Virus record (IMG/VR): IMGVR_UViG_3300049828_000506
Location: 1-40,039 of that record
Length of the DNA: 40,039 bases
From: a virus
Taxonomy: Duplodnaviria > Caudoviricetes
Direction: 5' to 3' (one strand)
In this document: in pieces, positions 9,386 through 18,659 of the stretch
Position numbering within the stretch: the first letter of the stretch is position 1
Layout: every line of letters begins with the position of its first letter
Made by a program: the position numbers and the translations under genes
The notes under the pieces: generated by a model
Told to the model about the DNA's origin: nothing
The model's database searches: none
What the model saw: the letters and a program-made list of their open reading frames with translations, nothing else

Positions 9386-9913
9386 TTATATCCCCAATGA
9401 ATATTCTTGCAATTCTTCAATACTGAGCGTGAGTTCAGCCAGCGATACTTCCTGACTCATTGCGTCAAAATCTGATCCTGGCTTATATCGACTTGGCCGA
9501 CAATTCTTGAGAAGCCAAGCACGACCAGGAAGCCTACCGACAAATTCTAGCCCACCAGTGATAAGCCCTGAGCCTGTAAAGCGCGTTCCCTTAGTGTTGA
9601 GGAATTGGATGATTAAAATGTTTCTCGGACCTCTGTGACCTACTATGGCCTTTCTCATCCAATCATAGAAATCAGAATTCAAAAGCGAAACACCTTGCGT
9701 TAAAGTGACATCACCTATTTCGGCACCAGCGTAAACTTTACGCGGAAATTCATAGTTTCCTTCGTTAATTGATCGAACATTCCCTATAATTTCTGGCAAA
9801 GTACAAGTTCTGAAACCATAAACTGGCAGAAGAATTGGCGGCACCGTAAATGACACATCAACGACATGAAATCGGCCTGTCTGTAAATAATCGGTCGTTT
9901 GCGCTCTAGCCAT
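9386..9913 (-). CDS. Tail tube protein paralogue 2 (T4 gp19/Afp-like)
   Basis: GFRTCTLPE...EGN, DVTLTQGV...FYDW, W-L-NC-P-RYKPGSDFDA-S-EVSLAELTL. Confidence 0.85.
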   Translation of the reverse strand: MARAQTTDYLQTGRFHVVDVSFTVPPILLPVYGFRTCTLPEIIGNVRSINEGNYEFPRKVYAGAEIGDVTLTQGVSLLNSDFYDWMRKAIVGHRGPRNILIIQFLNTKGTRFTGSGLITGGLEFVGRLPGRAWLLKNCRPSRYKPGSDFDAMSQEVSLAELTLSIEELQEYSLGI

Positions 9914-11075
9914 TCGTTAACTCAATTAGTCGAATTAAATTGTTGGTTGATTTTACATGATTAAATTTGAAAGAACCAACTTCAATTGGTTTTCTCATTT
10001 CTCTTGCTTCCCGATATGTTCGCTTAAGCAAAGCTTCAACCCGATCTCGAACATCTTTATTTTTCATAACGCCTTTGTTTAAAACATAATAAAGAATTGC
10101 TTCAGCGAAATCTTCTTCAGGGTTTTGATCTCCGTATTCAGAAGCACCTTGCGTTTTAAGACGATTAAAAAAATCTTCCCATCGAAGTCGATCTGAGCTA
10201 TCAAGAAACTTAAAATAGTATCGATGAGCTAATTCATGAATCAAAACAGAAGTCGCACCAGTCATCCAAGCCTGTAAATCATCAGCGTAAAGCGTAACCT
10301 TGTCACCTTTTGAATTGTATGTCCCTGCTGCATCTATAGTCATATTGCCGACTTTTAAATCTTTTTGATCAGGAGTTCTTGGCTCCATGAAGACTGGACC
10401 ATAAAAGACTTCGGGCATGAATCGCTTCATGATCTTTAGATATGGAGCCATATTGCTAAACATTTTTTTTAGATCGGATTCATCATAATAAATATTATTG
10501 ACGAAGGAAAAACCCATAAAGCTGACACGCTCTGGATAATATGTATCTGCATCAAACTCTTTTTTGTCTTGAGAAAAGTATTTAATCATTTCGCGTAGCT
10601 TTGCAAAAAACTTATCAGCAGCTTTTTCTAATGCAATGTCTTTGCTGTATTGGGTAGTGTCTTTCCATTGACTGTTGACATACCAATCTATTCTTTGATC
10701 AATATCTTTATAAGATGCTGCATGCGGTCCATCAGGATCATAACGCATGGGATTAGAGTCCATTGACAAAGTAAGATAAGCATCATAAAGAGCTTCAAAA
10801 GCTAAAGCTACTTGTGTTCGCATAGGTTTGGTTTTTGAAGCTTCGAAGTTTTTTATCTGTTTATCAATGAGTGTAAAAAAATCTCTTTGAACATAGTTTT
10901 TGAGATTTTTGAAATATGTTCTAAAAGCCTTATCAATTGGCTGGAATCCTTTAATTGCTGATCTAATGTCACGATAGTCTTGCGATCTGAAAGCCAGCAA
11001 CAACTGATCAAAGTCTTTTTTCCATTTAAGGACATCCTTGTATGAAAGCTTTACTTCTACAAGATTATTAATCAT
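9906..11075 (-). CDS. Zincin metallopeptidase-domain protein
   Basis: AAGTY...LIHELAHR...ASEYGDQNPEEDFAEA (HExxH plus downstream Y and E ligand motif). Confidence 0.75.
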   Translation of the reverse strand: MINNLVEVKLSYKDVLKWKKDFDQLLLAFRSQDYRDIRSAIKGFQPIDKAFRTYFKNLKNYVQRDFFTLIDKQIKNFEASKTKPMRTQVALAFEALYDAYLTLSMDSNPMRYDPDGPHAASYKDIDQRIDWYVNSQWKDTTQYSKDIALEKAADKFFAKLREMIKYFSQDKKEFDADTYYPERVSFMGFSFVNNIYYDESDLKKMFSNMAPYLKIMKRFMPEVFYGPVFMEPRTPDQKDLKVGNMTIDAAGTYNSKGDKVTLYADDLQAWMTGATSVLIHELAHRYYFKFLDSSDRLRWEDFFNRLKTQGASEYGDQNPEEDFAEAILYYVLNKGVMKNKDVRDRVEALLKRTYREAREMRKPIEVGSFKFNHVKSTNNLIRLIELTNG

Positions 11076-12183
11076 AAGTACTTTTAACCTTGCCTAAGAT
11101 AGATTCATAAGTAGTTTTAGCCTTATCTAAGATAGATTTAGCCTTATTTTGATCGCCTTTCTTTAAAGCATCCATAATCAATTTTAAAAGCTCTATTGTT
11201 TCTTCATTTTCAGGTAAAAATGTTTTAGACAAATCATAGCTGGTTTTTTTGCCTTCTTCTTTTATTCCATGAATATCCCAAGACGGCATTCTCATGACTA
11301 CAGTACGCTTAATATAAAGTGATGTTTTCTCATCTATAGGAAGTAAATAGTGATCGTCTCCAAGCGATCTCGCATTGAACTGATGGCTTAGAGAAGCTAC
11401 AAAATCACGCCTTTGCATCTTGCCTTTGCTTCTTGTTTGTCCTGAAACTCGCTTCAAAACTTTCTCAGGAAAAACAGAATCAGGCTTAATAAGATCGCTA
11501 GAGAGTTTTTGTGTGGCCTGCCATGAACTTTGGCCGATCTTATATTTTCTACCTTTATTGAATAAATCTGTTTCAACTCTAACATTGAAAGAAGGTTCAT
11601 CAGATTCACCAGAACCTAGTCCTTGCGAAGTCTGTTGATGTTTGCTGACATTGACTCTAAATGCTAAGACAGTAGACTTGTCGTCATTAGCCCAGGTCCA
11701 TACAGCATCAGCACCATAGACACCTTGATCTTCTAAAGAACGCTTAGAGTATTTGAAATCTTCTGGCTTTAAGTCAGGAAAAAACTTTTTGAAGTATTCA
11801 TCATATTTTGATTCTGATTTTTTGATCGTTTGAAGAACTTTTTCTAGCATCGATATGCTGATTTTACCGTTTTCTTCATTCCGCTTTTTTATTTCATCCC
11901 AATTAACCCTTGTGGAACCGCCACGAAAGCCATAGCCAAAGTCATTAAGAATATCTTTAGCCCAATTTATTTCTTTCATCTTCTCAGGATCACCGCCAAG
12001 ATCAGGATGGTTTTTCTTGGCTAATTCTTTCCAAAGCTTATCAAGCCCAGAAAGATCATCGCCTGGTTTTAGTCCAAATATGTCGTAGGCTTTTTGAAGC
12101 TCATCTTTTGTTGGCAGCCTAGCTTCAAATAATTGTTTGAAGCCTCTTTTTAGATTTTGAAAGGATTTGTTAAATCTGAACAT
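11068..12183 (-). CDS. J-domain (DnaJ-like) protein with unknown C-terminal domain
   Basis: AYDIFGL...WKELAKKNHPDLGGDPEKMKEINWAKDIL with intact HPD. Confidence 0.85.
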   Translation of the reverse strand: MFRFNKSFQNLKRGFKQLFEARLPTKDELQKAYDIFGLKPGDDLSGLDKLWKELAKKNHPDLGGDPEKMKEINWAKDILNDFGYGFRGGSTRVNWDEIKKRNEENGKISISMLEKVLQTIKKSESKYDEYFKKFFPDLKPEDFKYSKRSLEDQGVYGADAVWTWANDDKSTVLAFRVNVSKHQQTSQGLGSGESDEPSFNVRVETDLFNKGRKYKIGQSSWQATQKLSSDLIKPDSVFPEKVLKRVSGQTRSKGKMQRRDFVASLSHQFNARSLGDDHYLLPIDEKTSLYIKRTVVMRMPSWDIHGIKEEGKKTSYDLSKTFLPENEETIELLKLIMDALKKGDQNKAKSILDKAKTTYESILGKVKSTYD

Positions 12184-12202
12184 ATTTATTAATACTCCAA
12201 AC

Positions 12203-13300
12203 CTATGTAACCGATTTCAACCAAGACAACAGTTCTTCATTCTTATCAATCAAACCATAAGCGAAAATCTCAGCAAAAAATTCACGCTCATCCGTTAATG
12301 CGTATGAACTCACCATAAAAGCACTTCTAGAAGCTGAACCGCCTGGCACTTTGTAGATGTTTGCTGTCTTCATATAATTAGGCGATACATAACTCATTCT
12401 ATTTGAATCATCACCGACATATTTAGCAGTGTATGCAAACTTATTGCGATCATAACCATGACCAGTTACAACCATCATTTTCATGTTCTTGTCGTTAATG
12501 AATTCAGTGCCTATCGGATAGGTTATCCCAGTATTTTTTTCAGTAGAAAACTTGGAGATAACCGCTTTTTTATCTGTATTGAATTTATAATATTGCCTAT
12601 GACCAAACTCATGAATGCATGTCTTAATAATAGATTCTTCATTGTCTCTTGGTTTTATAACTAAACGAATCACATCATCTTTTACATCATAATCAGCAAG
12701 TCTATTGGCTTTACCAGAAGATGAAGCTACTAAAAAGACATCACCATAAAGAATTTGACCATAACCACTGTCAGCAATAATTTTGGCTGCTTTTTCTACT
12801 GCCTTGATAAAGGGAGCAGACTTTTTGAAAGCATTAGCGCCAATGATTTTTATTTTTCCGACATTAACGAAATCTTCAACATCACTCGTATCAACTAAGT
12901 CAGGAGCATATTGTTTTATAATATGCCTTGAAACTCCTAACTTTTGTAAAAGCAAGATCGATACATCTTTTTTGCTTACTGATTCATGAAACTTTTTTAT
13001 AACGCCAGTCTTTTCTGCTGTATCAACCAGAATAGAGATCCATCGGTCTTTTGGTAAATTGTTTTCAGCGCATATCGCTAAAATCTTTGTGCCAATTACC
13101 ATATTTGATTTGTTGACAAGAACATCAAACTTATCGCCATTGCGATGAACGACGATATTGGCTCCAGATGAACGACGAGGAAATAAAAAAAGAAAATCAT
13201 CCTTGTTTATATAGAAATCATTTTTTTCTAACAAAACAGGATAGGCAAGACATTTATATCCTTCACTTAGCCTTTTAATTGAATTGTTAAGTTGAAACAT
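12203..13300 (-). CDS. Zincin metallopeptidase-domain protein
   Basis: CIHEFGHR and VSSYALTDEREFFAEIF, separated by an inserted beta-rich segment. Confidence 0.7.
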   Translation of the reverse strand: MFQLNNSIKRLSEGYKCLAYPVLLEKNDFYINKDDFLFLFPRRSSGANIVVHRNGDKFDVLVNKSNMVIGTKILAICAENNLPKDRWISILVDTAEKTGVIKKFHESVSKKDVSILLLQKLGVSRHIIKQYAPDLVDTSDVEDFVNVGKIKIIGANAFKKSAPFIKAVEKAAKIIADSGYGQILYGDVFLVASSSGKANRLADYDVKDDVIRLVIKPRDNEESIIKTCIHEFGHRQYYKFNTDKKAVISKFSTEKNTGITYPIGTEFINDKNMKMMVVTGHGYDRNKFAYTAKYVGDDSNRMSYVSPNYMKTANIYKVPGGSASRSAFMVSSYALTDEREFFAEIFAYGLIDKNEELLSWLKSVT

Positions 13301-13344
13301 ATAAACGTCCTTTAGCTGGAATGAAAAATACTTTTTTTATAGTT

Positions 13345-13722
13345 TTATGCTTTATAGAAAATTTCTACGCTATCATCTTTATAGGCACTACTGTCTTGCT
13401 GCCATTGCGCATAAAACTGTGAAGGCTTATTCAGTTTTAACCATTCTTTTACTGCTGATATTGTTGATCGTCCTTTAGCATCGATATAATCTTTTTCAGC
13501 AGAAGATTTAAATTCTTTTATCTTTTTTAGATCATCCATTTGCCTTCCAAAAGGCTGCAAATAGAAATCGTTACTTGATAAGCCCTGTACGTTCACAACG
13601 TAGTTATATTTACCTTCCTTACCAAAAGATGGTTTGGCTGATTTTGCTTCAAAAAGACCATCCATCCCATTAGTAATTCGAGCGACAGATTCATTGATGT
13701 CTTCGATCTTAAATGTAGTCAT
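13345..13722 (-). CDS. Hypothetical protein with the N-terminal shared tag
   Basis: Begins MTTFKIEDINESVARITNGMDGLFE. Confidence 0.7.
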   Translation of the reverse strand: MTTFKIEDINESVARITNGMDGLFEAKSAKPSFGKEGKYNYVVNVQGLSSNDFYLQPFGRQMDDLKKIKEFKSSAEKDYIDAKGRSTISAVKEWLKLNKPSQFYAQWQQDSSAYKDDSVEIFYKA

Positions 13723-13836
13723 GATATTTAGCTCATTTAGTTTTTTATTGGTTTTTAAAACTACATTTTCTCGAAAAGACCATTCATTCCCTCGGTGATC
13801 TGAGCAACAGATTCATTGATGTCTTCAATTTTCAAA
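13650..13836. repeat. Diverged ~65-bp direct duplication shared by two adjacent genes
   Basis: AAAAGACCAT..GAGC(G/A)ACAGATTCATTGATGTCTTC at about 13651-13713 and 13774-13836; encodes KIEDINESVAxITxGMxGLFE twice. Confidence 0.9.
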
Positions 13837-14012
13837 CTCACCGCACCATTTCCTTTTAATACTGTGGACTTTTTAGATGATAAATGCGAAACGAATTCCA
13901 TCCCATCAACTTGAGAAAGTTTTTCATTAACCCCATCAAAATCAAAATCATCAGCTAAAGTTCTGTAGCCCATGTTAGTTACTTCCGATAGTTTTTTACG
14001 GTATTTTTTCAT
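13761..14012 (-). CDS. Hypothetical protein with the C-terminal shared tag
   Basis: AAGGA RBS; starts MKKYRKKLSE and ends KIEDINESVAQITEGMNGLFEKM. Confidence 0.7.
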   Translation of the reverse strand: MKKYRKKLSEVTNMGYRTLADDFDFDGVNEKLSQVDGMEFVSHLSSKKSTVLKGNGAVSLKIEDINESVAQITEGMNGLFEKM

Positions 14013-14054
14013 TTTTTAATCCTTTGGAAATTATTAATTCTAAAAAGATCAGAT

Positions 14055-14624
14055 CTACTTTGCAGCCCGTAACACACCTTCCGCGAAACCTTTAAGAAAT
14101 TCCTGTGCAGTTTCCCACATTGGATCATCTGTCTCTTTGAAATTTTTAAAGACGCTAAATGCAGACATCCGACCTACATTTTCTCCATAGACTTGAGGAT
14201 TCTTCACTAAACCTGAATTCTGCAAATCATCAGCCGCCATTTCAAATGCTGAATCAAATGCTTTGAAAGTGTCGCGGTATGATTCATTCAATTTTTTTGT
14301 GAAATGATTTTTAAAACTTGATTCACTTATACCAAACGCTTCACCATGACCAGCTTTTACTAAATCTTTAGCGGCCTCAATTGCAGCATCTCGATCTTTC
14401 TTCTGTAAGGCTTTAAAGTATTCGAGAGACAACAAATTGAATTCTTTCATTTTTGAACTGCCTTTAATGATAGCTACTTGCACACCTGCTTTAGCAGCAT
14501 CAATAAGGTCTGATAGCAATGACATGGATTGTTTATCAGATAAAAAAGCATCGACCTCGCTTTCGATTGATTCACTTAGTTTTAGACTAATATTTTCTCG
14601 CATATGCCAAGGCATTTTAAGCAT
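14055..14624 (-). CDS. Hypothetical protein (candidate processed virion protein)
   Basis: GAGGA RBS; LSE, ISE and LNE sites between short helical modules. Confidence 0.65.
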   Translation of the reverse strand: MLKMPWHMRENISLKLSESIESEVDAFLSDKQSMSLLSDLIDAAKAGVQVAIIKGSSKMKEFNLLSLEYFKALQKKDRDAAIEAAKDLVKAGHGEAFGISESSFKNHFTKKLNESYRDTFKAFDSAFEMAADDLQNSGLVKNPQVYGENVGRMSAFSVFKNFKETDDPMWETAQEFLKGFAEGVLRAAK

Positions 14625-14637
14625 CTAAGTTTTCCTC

Positions 14638-15165
14638 TCACATACTTTTGATGTATTCAGCCGTATTCTTCATGACCATTTTTAAATGGTTGTTTGAATG
14701 AAAAAGATCATTAACGGCTTCAAGTAATCCTGAGTAAGTCTTTTTTAGATAATAATTGTCTTGATTCTGCTTTACAATTTCTCGCATGCATTCAAGGCAT
14801 TCATCTAATGACTTTCTAAGATCACTTGATTCAGTTAAAGTCTTGTCATTTAAAAAATCATAGCAGCATTTAAGCTGACCAAGAAAAATTCGCTTATCCT
14901 CTTTTGATAAAGGCTTTCTTTCTTGGCGATCCCAGTGATCCATAATGGATGTTTTTGCATTATGCACAATAATGCTATCAACCCCAGGAACACTTGGCGT
15001 TTGAAATGTTTGAAATGAATTCTCTGATACAATTTTATCTGGTCGATATCCCTGCTTTGTTAGACCAGGGATAGGAAGATTTAAGCCAGGTATCTGGCTT
15101 AAACCGTTCATCACACATGCATATTCTTTGCTGTCTTTTTTCATCACAAACCTATTAAGAAACAA
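14638..15165 (-). CDS. Hypothetical protein
   Basis: Overlaps the end of the tube gene; internal LTE. Confidence 0.6.
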   Translation of the reverse strand: MFLNRFVMKKDSKEYACVMNGLSQIPGLNLPIPGLTKQGYRPDKIVSENSFQTFQTPSVPGVDSIIVHNAKTSIMDHWDRQERKPLSKEDKRIFLGQLKCCYDFLNDKTLTESSDLRKSLDECLECMREIVKQNQDNYYLKKTYSGLLEAVNDLFHSNNHLKMVMKNTAEYIKSM

Positions 15166-15649
15166 TTATTTCCATTCTCTCTAGTTGAATATCAAGCTCT
15201 GCTAATGCAATTTCAGAAGACATTGAGTCAAGGTCTGAGCTTGGTTTTACACGAGATGGAATACATTCATAACAATTGTATACTCGACTAGCTGTTGCTG
15301 CTGCATAATCAGCTAGACTAGAAATATCAGTCGTATGAAATTGTAGTATTTGAAGATCAACACGATAAGGATTACCGCTATAACCAGCAACAATCCAATC
15401 GAAAAAAGCTTTATTATTCTTAAATACACCTTGAGTAGCAGTGATATCACTAAAAGTAGGATCACCAATAAATTTTCTACGGTAAAGCCAGATCCCTTCT
15501 TTGTATTCAACATTCTCAGTTGAAACTTCTGGAACAGTCACGTTAGTAAAGCCGCCAATAATATCACTAGCACCTGCTATGCCAGCGGTTACTATTTTAA
15601 GTTGAAACTTATGTACGTGATATGGATCAGTAGATTGTGCTCTTGCCAT
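15155..15649 (-). CDS. Major tail tube protein (T4 gp19-like)
   Basis: MARAQSTDPY..KF, GGFTNVTVPE...EYKEG, DITATQGV...FFDW, SDLDSMSSEIALAELDI; follows sheath; ATG 15649 with GGAG RBS. Confidence 0.9.
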   Translation of the reverse strand: MARAQSTDPYHVHKFQLKIVTAGIAGASDIIGGFTNVTVPEVSTENVEYKEGIWLYRRKFIGDPTFSDITATQGVFKNNKAFFDWIVAGYSGNPYRVDLQILQFHTTDISSLADYAAATASRVYNCYECIPSRVKPSSDLDSMSSEIALAELDIQLERMEIIVS

Positions 15650-15662
15650 AAAACAACGCTCC

Positions 15663-15685
15663 AAATAAAGCTGGCCGAAGCCAGC
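15663..15685 (-). terminator. cUUCGg hairpin / partial intrinsic terminator between sheath and tube
   Basis: Minus strand GCTGGC-TTCG-GCCAGC followed by TTTATTT. Confidence 0.7.
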
Positions 15686-15704
15686 AAATTAAAAGTCTAA
15701 AAAA

Positions 15705-17522
15705 TTAAGCACTCAATAATTGAAATGAAGGTCGGAATCGGAAGCGAACAAACTCAGCAGGAGTTTGAACAGCTATGTCTAAATCGCAAATAAGTTGCGC
15801 TGCTGCAATACTAGTTGGAGTATTATTCGTCGTATCACAAGTCACTCGGAAAGCTTCAGCGGGAACTCGTGAAGCAAAATAACCATCGGTAGTTAAATTG
15901 GTTAGAAATCCAGTCAATCGAACAGTTACTAGACTGAACAACTCATCAGTCAATGGTTCGAAAACTAGATCATGAGTTTGACTGAAAACAGATTGCTCTA
16001 AAAACAAAAACAATCGTCGAGTTGAAATCTGCTTATAATCACCAGAACTAGAAAGTGTCCTACTTCCCCATACTGCTTTCCCAACAATTGAATCAGCGCG
16101 TAATGGATTAACATAGGAAGGATATAAAAGATCTCTATCGGTCTTAGTGACTTCTTGTTCAAGTCCTAGAGAAAAATTTAATTGCCCATCTATTTGACCA
16201 GCAGGAGCTTTTGCTACGTTTCGATTATTATCGGTACGTGCATAAATACCAGCAATATGACCAACTGGACTTACAACTTTAGGACGACTATCTTTCAAAG
16301 GATCAGCAATCTTAATTCCAGGCCAGTAAATTGCAGCGTGATTAGAAAGACTAGATAAGGTTACTAGCTTATAGTTTTTGGCACCCTGAGAATCAACACC
16401 AGCAGGCGTGTCCAAAATTGCGAACGTACCTTGCCGAGTTTCTGCAAAAGCAATCAAATCCGTTTGAACTGCTAGGTTGCCTCTAAAGTCCATTAAACCT
16501 ACATTCAAAATATCATCCAACTTATTAAAGGCATAAATACCTTTATATGTTGCCTCTAACGCAGGATTAGTTACTTGATTGCGGCCAACAGAAGTACCAT
16601 CAGCTCCACCAGAAAGTTCTACTGAAATGCTACTTACACCAGCCTGATAATAATCTAATGTTAAAGAAGCACTTAGAATTGGCGGTGGAAGTATATCAAT
16701 CGTTAAATCACCTGTTTCATAATCGATACTTCCTGAAATGCTAGAAGCACCTGAAGCAGTGTCAACTAGAACCAAGTTACCTCGGCCATCATCTACAGCT
16801 TCAATGTTTCCGTCTATTTTCACTTTTAATGTGAATTTAGCGACTTCAGGCTGATCAACAGTTTTTGAAAATGTAGACTGGCTTCCGGTTCCACTTCCCA
16901 AGACTTCAGCGGTGACTTGAGTTGAATCAAAACTCGATGGTATTCCACCAGTGCCTTCATCGATTCGAACAGTACTTGAACCGTTCAACTCATCGTTAAT
17001 GACATCAGCAAAATAATCTTGGTCGTCAGCATCATCAAGTGATACAGATTCAAATGATTCTGTAGTACTCCAATCACCTGCTCCATCAGAGCTTTCTTCT
17101 TGCACATCAACATTAAATCTTGAATATGTTGCTGTTGCAAAGTCATAAAAATTATCGTTACCGGAAATAACAAGTCTAACTTTATTTCCCCAAGTTCCAG
17201 AGGAAATGGCATTTACAATCCAATTAATTGAAATATTTCCTGTTGCTGTTACAGCATCGTCCGGTACGACTCGAACAAAATACATTCGAGAGCCACCGTT
17301 ATTAAAAAATGCAGTAGCTCCTATGGCCGCATCTGATTTATTCCAATAGTTTCCAAATTTTCTAAAAAACTCAGAAAGTGAGCCAATAAGGATAGGCTTA
17401 TTGACTTCGCCTCGCTCAGTCCATCCGACACTAGCAAATGTGGAAGTCGATACACCAAGAATCGCTGATTGACCTGATGCTAGCTCTTCGATGAACACGC
17501 CAGCGCTTAAAAACTCACCCAT
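15705..17522 (-). CDS. Contractile tail sheath protein
   Basis: SAGVFIEE, FFNNGG..YFVRV, AAIYWP, GHIAGIYARTD..RNVAKAPAG, VWGSRTL, RRL, PAEFVRFRF. Confidence 0.97.
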   Translation of the reverse strand: MGEFLSAGVFIEELASGQSAILGVSTSTFASVGWTERGEVNKPILIGSLSEFFRKFGNYWNKSDAAIGATAFFNNGGSRMYFVRVVPDDAVTATGNISINWIVNAISSGTWGNKVRLVISGNDNFYDFATATYSRFNVDVQEESSDGAGDWSTTESFESVSLDDADDQDYFADVINDELNGSSTVRIDEGTGGIPSSFDSTQVTAEVLGSGTGSQSTFSKTVDQPEVAKFTLKVKIDGNIEAVDDGRGNLVLVDTASGASSISGSIDYETGDLTIDILPPPILSASLTLDYYQAGVSSISVELSGGADGTSVGRNQVTNPALEATYKGIYAFNKLDDILNVGLMDFRGNLAVQTDLIAFAETRQGTFAILDTPAGVDSQGAKNYKLVTLSSLSNHAAIYWPGIKIADPLKDSRPKVVSPVGHIAGIYARTDNNRNVAKAPAGQIDGQLNFSLGLEQEVTKTDRDLLYPSYVNPLRADSIVGKAVWGSRTLSSSGDYKQISTRRLFLFLEQSVFSQTHDLVFEPLTDELFSLVTVRLTGFLTNLTTDGYFASRVPAEAFRVTCDTTNNTPTSIAAAQLICDLDIAVQTPAEFVRFRFRPSFQLLSA

Positions 17523-17534
17523 ATATAAACTCCT

Positions 17535-18233
17535 TCAAATGATTGAATCGTGTCCTTCGATGCTTACAACTACAGTTTCCATCGTCGGAATAACACTAGT
17601 GTCAAAAGTATCAATCTCACCTTCCACTCGAATATCTATACTATAGGACTTTAAACGATCAGCAACATCAACGATGTCACCGATATCTTGAACACCGCTT
17701 TCATTAAAAACAGTATAGACTCTTGTTTGCCCTAATGAATCAATGACAGATATTCGACCGTAAGGTGGAAATGATTTCATTAATCTTTTAGCCATTGGGA
17801 CAGCTTCATGTTCATAACGTGCATAAGCAATAATAGTGTAGAAGATATCATAAGGATAAGCTTGAGGCTTTGTTTCAAGAGCTGAATAACCTGATACCCC
17901 TGGTGAAACTTCATGAAATCCAGAAACACCAGCCCAATATTCCATATTTTTTATAGAATGCCATCTTTGTAATGATGGGGATATGTCGTTTCTTCGAACT
18001 AGATATGAAGGATAAATTTTATTTTCATAGATTTGCTCTGGATTATTGAAAATAACCGGAACTGCTGTTGGAGCTGTGAAAATTTCATCTATCCAATAAC
18101 CAACTCGTTCTCTTAAAGTAGTCGTTTGTAATTCAGTTCTGATTACCGCACCTAAAGCATCATAAATACCAATATCAAAAGCCCTTAAAGCTATCGATCC
18201 AGTTGGTTGTGATAATTTTAGTGGTAATGGCAT
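17535..18233 (-). CDS. Tail terminator / sheath stabiliser (gp15-like)
   Basis: Directly upstream of sheath; YPS..V.R and PYDIFYTI.AYAR motifs. Confidence 0.65.
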   Translation of the reverse strand: MPLPLKLSQPTGSIALRAFDIGIYDALGAVIRTELQTTTLRERVGYWIDEIFTAPTAVPVIFNNPEQIYENKIYPSYLVRRNDISPSLQRWHSIKNMEYWAGVSGFHEVSPGVSGYSALETKPQAYPYDIFYTIIAYARYEHEAVPMAKRLMKSFPPYGRISVIDSLGQTRVYTVFNESGVQDIGDIVDVADRLKSYSIDIRVEGEIDTFDTSVIPTMETVVVSIEGHDSII

Positions 18234-18245
18234 TAATCTTATTCC

Positions 18246-18659
18246 TTAAAATTCTAAACCCAATTCTTTTAAACGTGATTTAATTTTAGGAACACTATTA
18301 GTAACCCACATGGTTTTTTCTTCAGAAGATGCATCAGCTTCAGGCGTATCTGTGATTGATTGGTCATCGATCAGAGTAGCGATAGCATCAAAAACAGCTT
18401 CTTCAGCGCTTTCTTCTTCATAGTCAGCCGAGACAAGCATATCCATTAGACTTTCAATGGCATTGTCTACTATATCAGGCTGATCATCTTCTAAGTCTCC
18501 GGTTAAAGCTTGATCAAGATCGAATTCAGCACCCAACTCATCGTTTGGCGTTCCTTCTTCGTCACCCATGGGTAAATTCTCCATGAAACTGAAAGCTTCG
18601 AGCTGATTAATATTTTCAGCTAGCGTTTTCTGTATCTTTTTTGACGCGGTGTTGTTCAT
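18246..18659 (-). CDS. Highly acidic hypothetical protein
   Basis: D/E-rich; ATGA coupling with the upstream gene. Confidence 0.6.
   Translation of the reverse strand: MNNTASKKIQKTLAENINQLEAFSFMENLPMGDEEGTPNDELGAEFDLDQALTGDLEDDQPDIVDNAIESLMDMLVSADYEEESAEEAVFDAIATLIDDQSITDTPEADASSEEKTMWVTNSVPKIKSRLKELGLEF

Noticed and set aside
1-18233. Stand-alone eCIS/tailocin locus
   Set aside because: The same co-oriented gene run contains a major capsid, scaffold and neck genes, so this is a phage.
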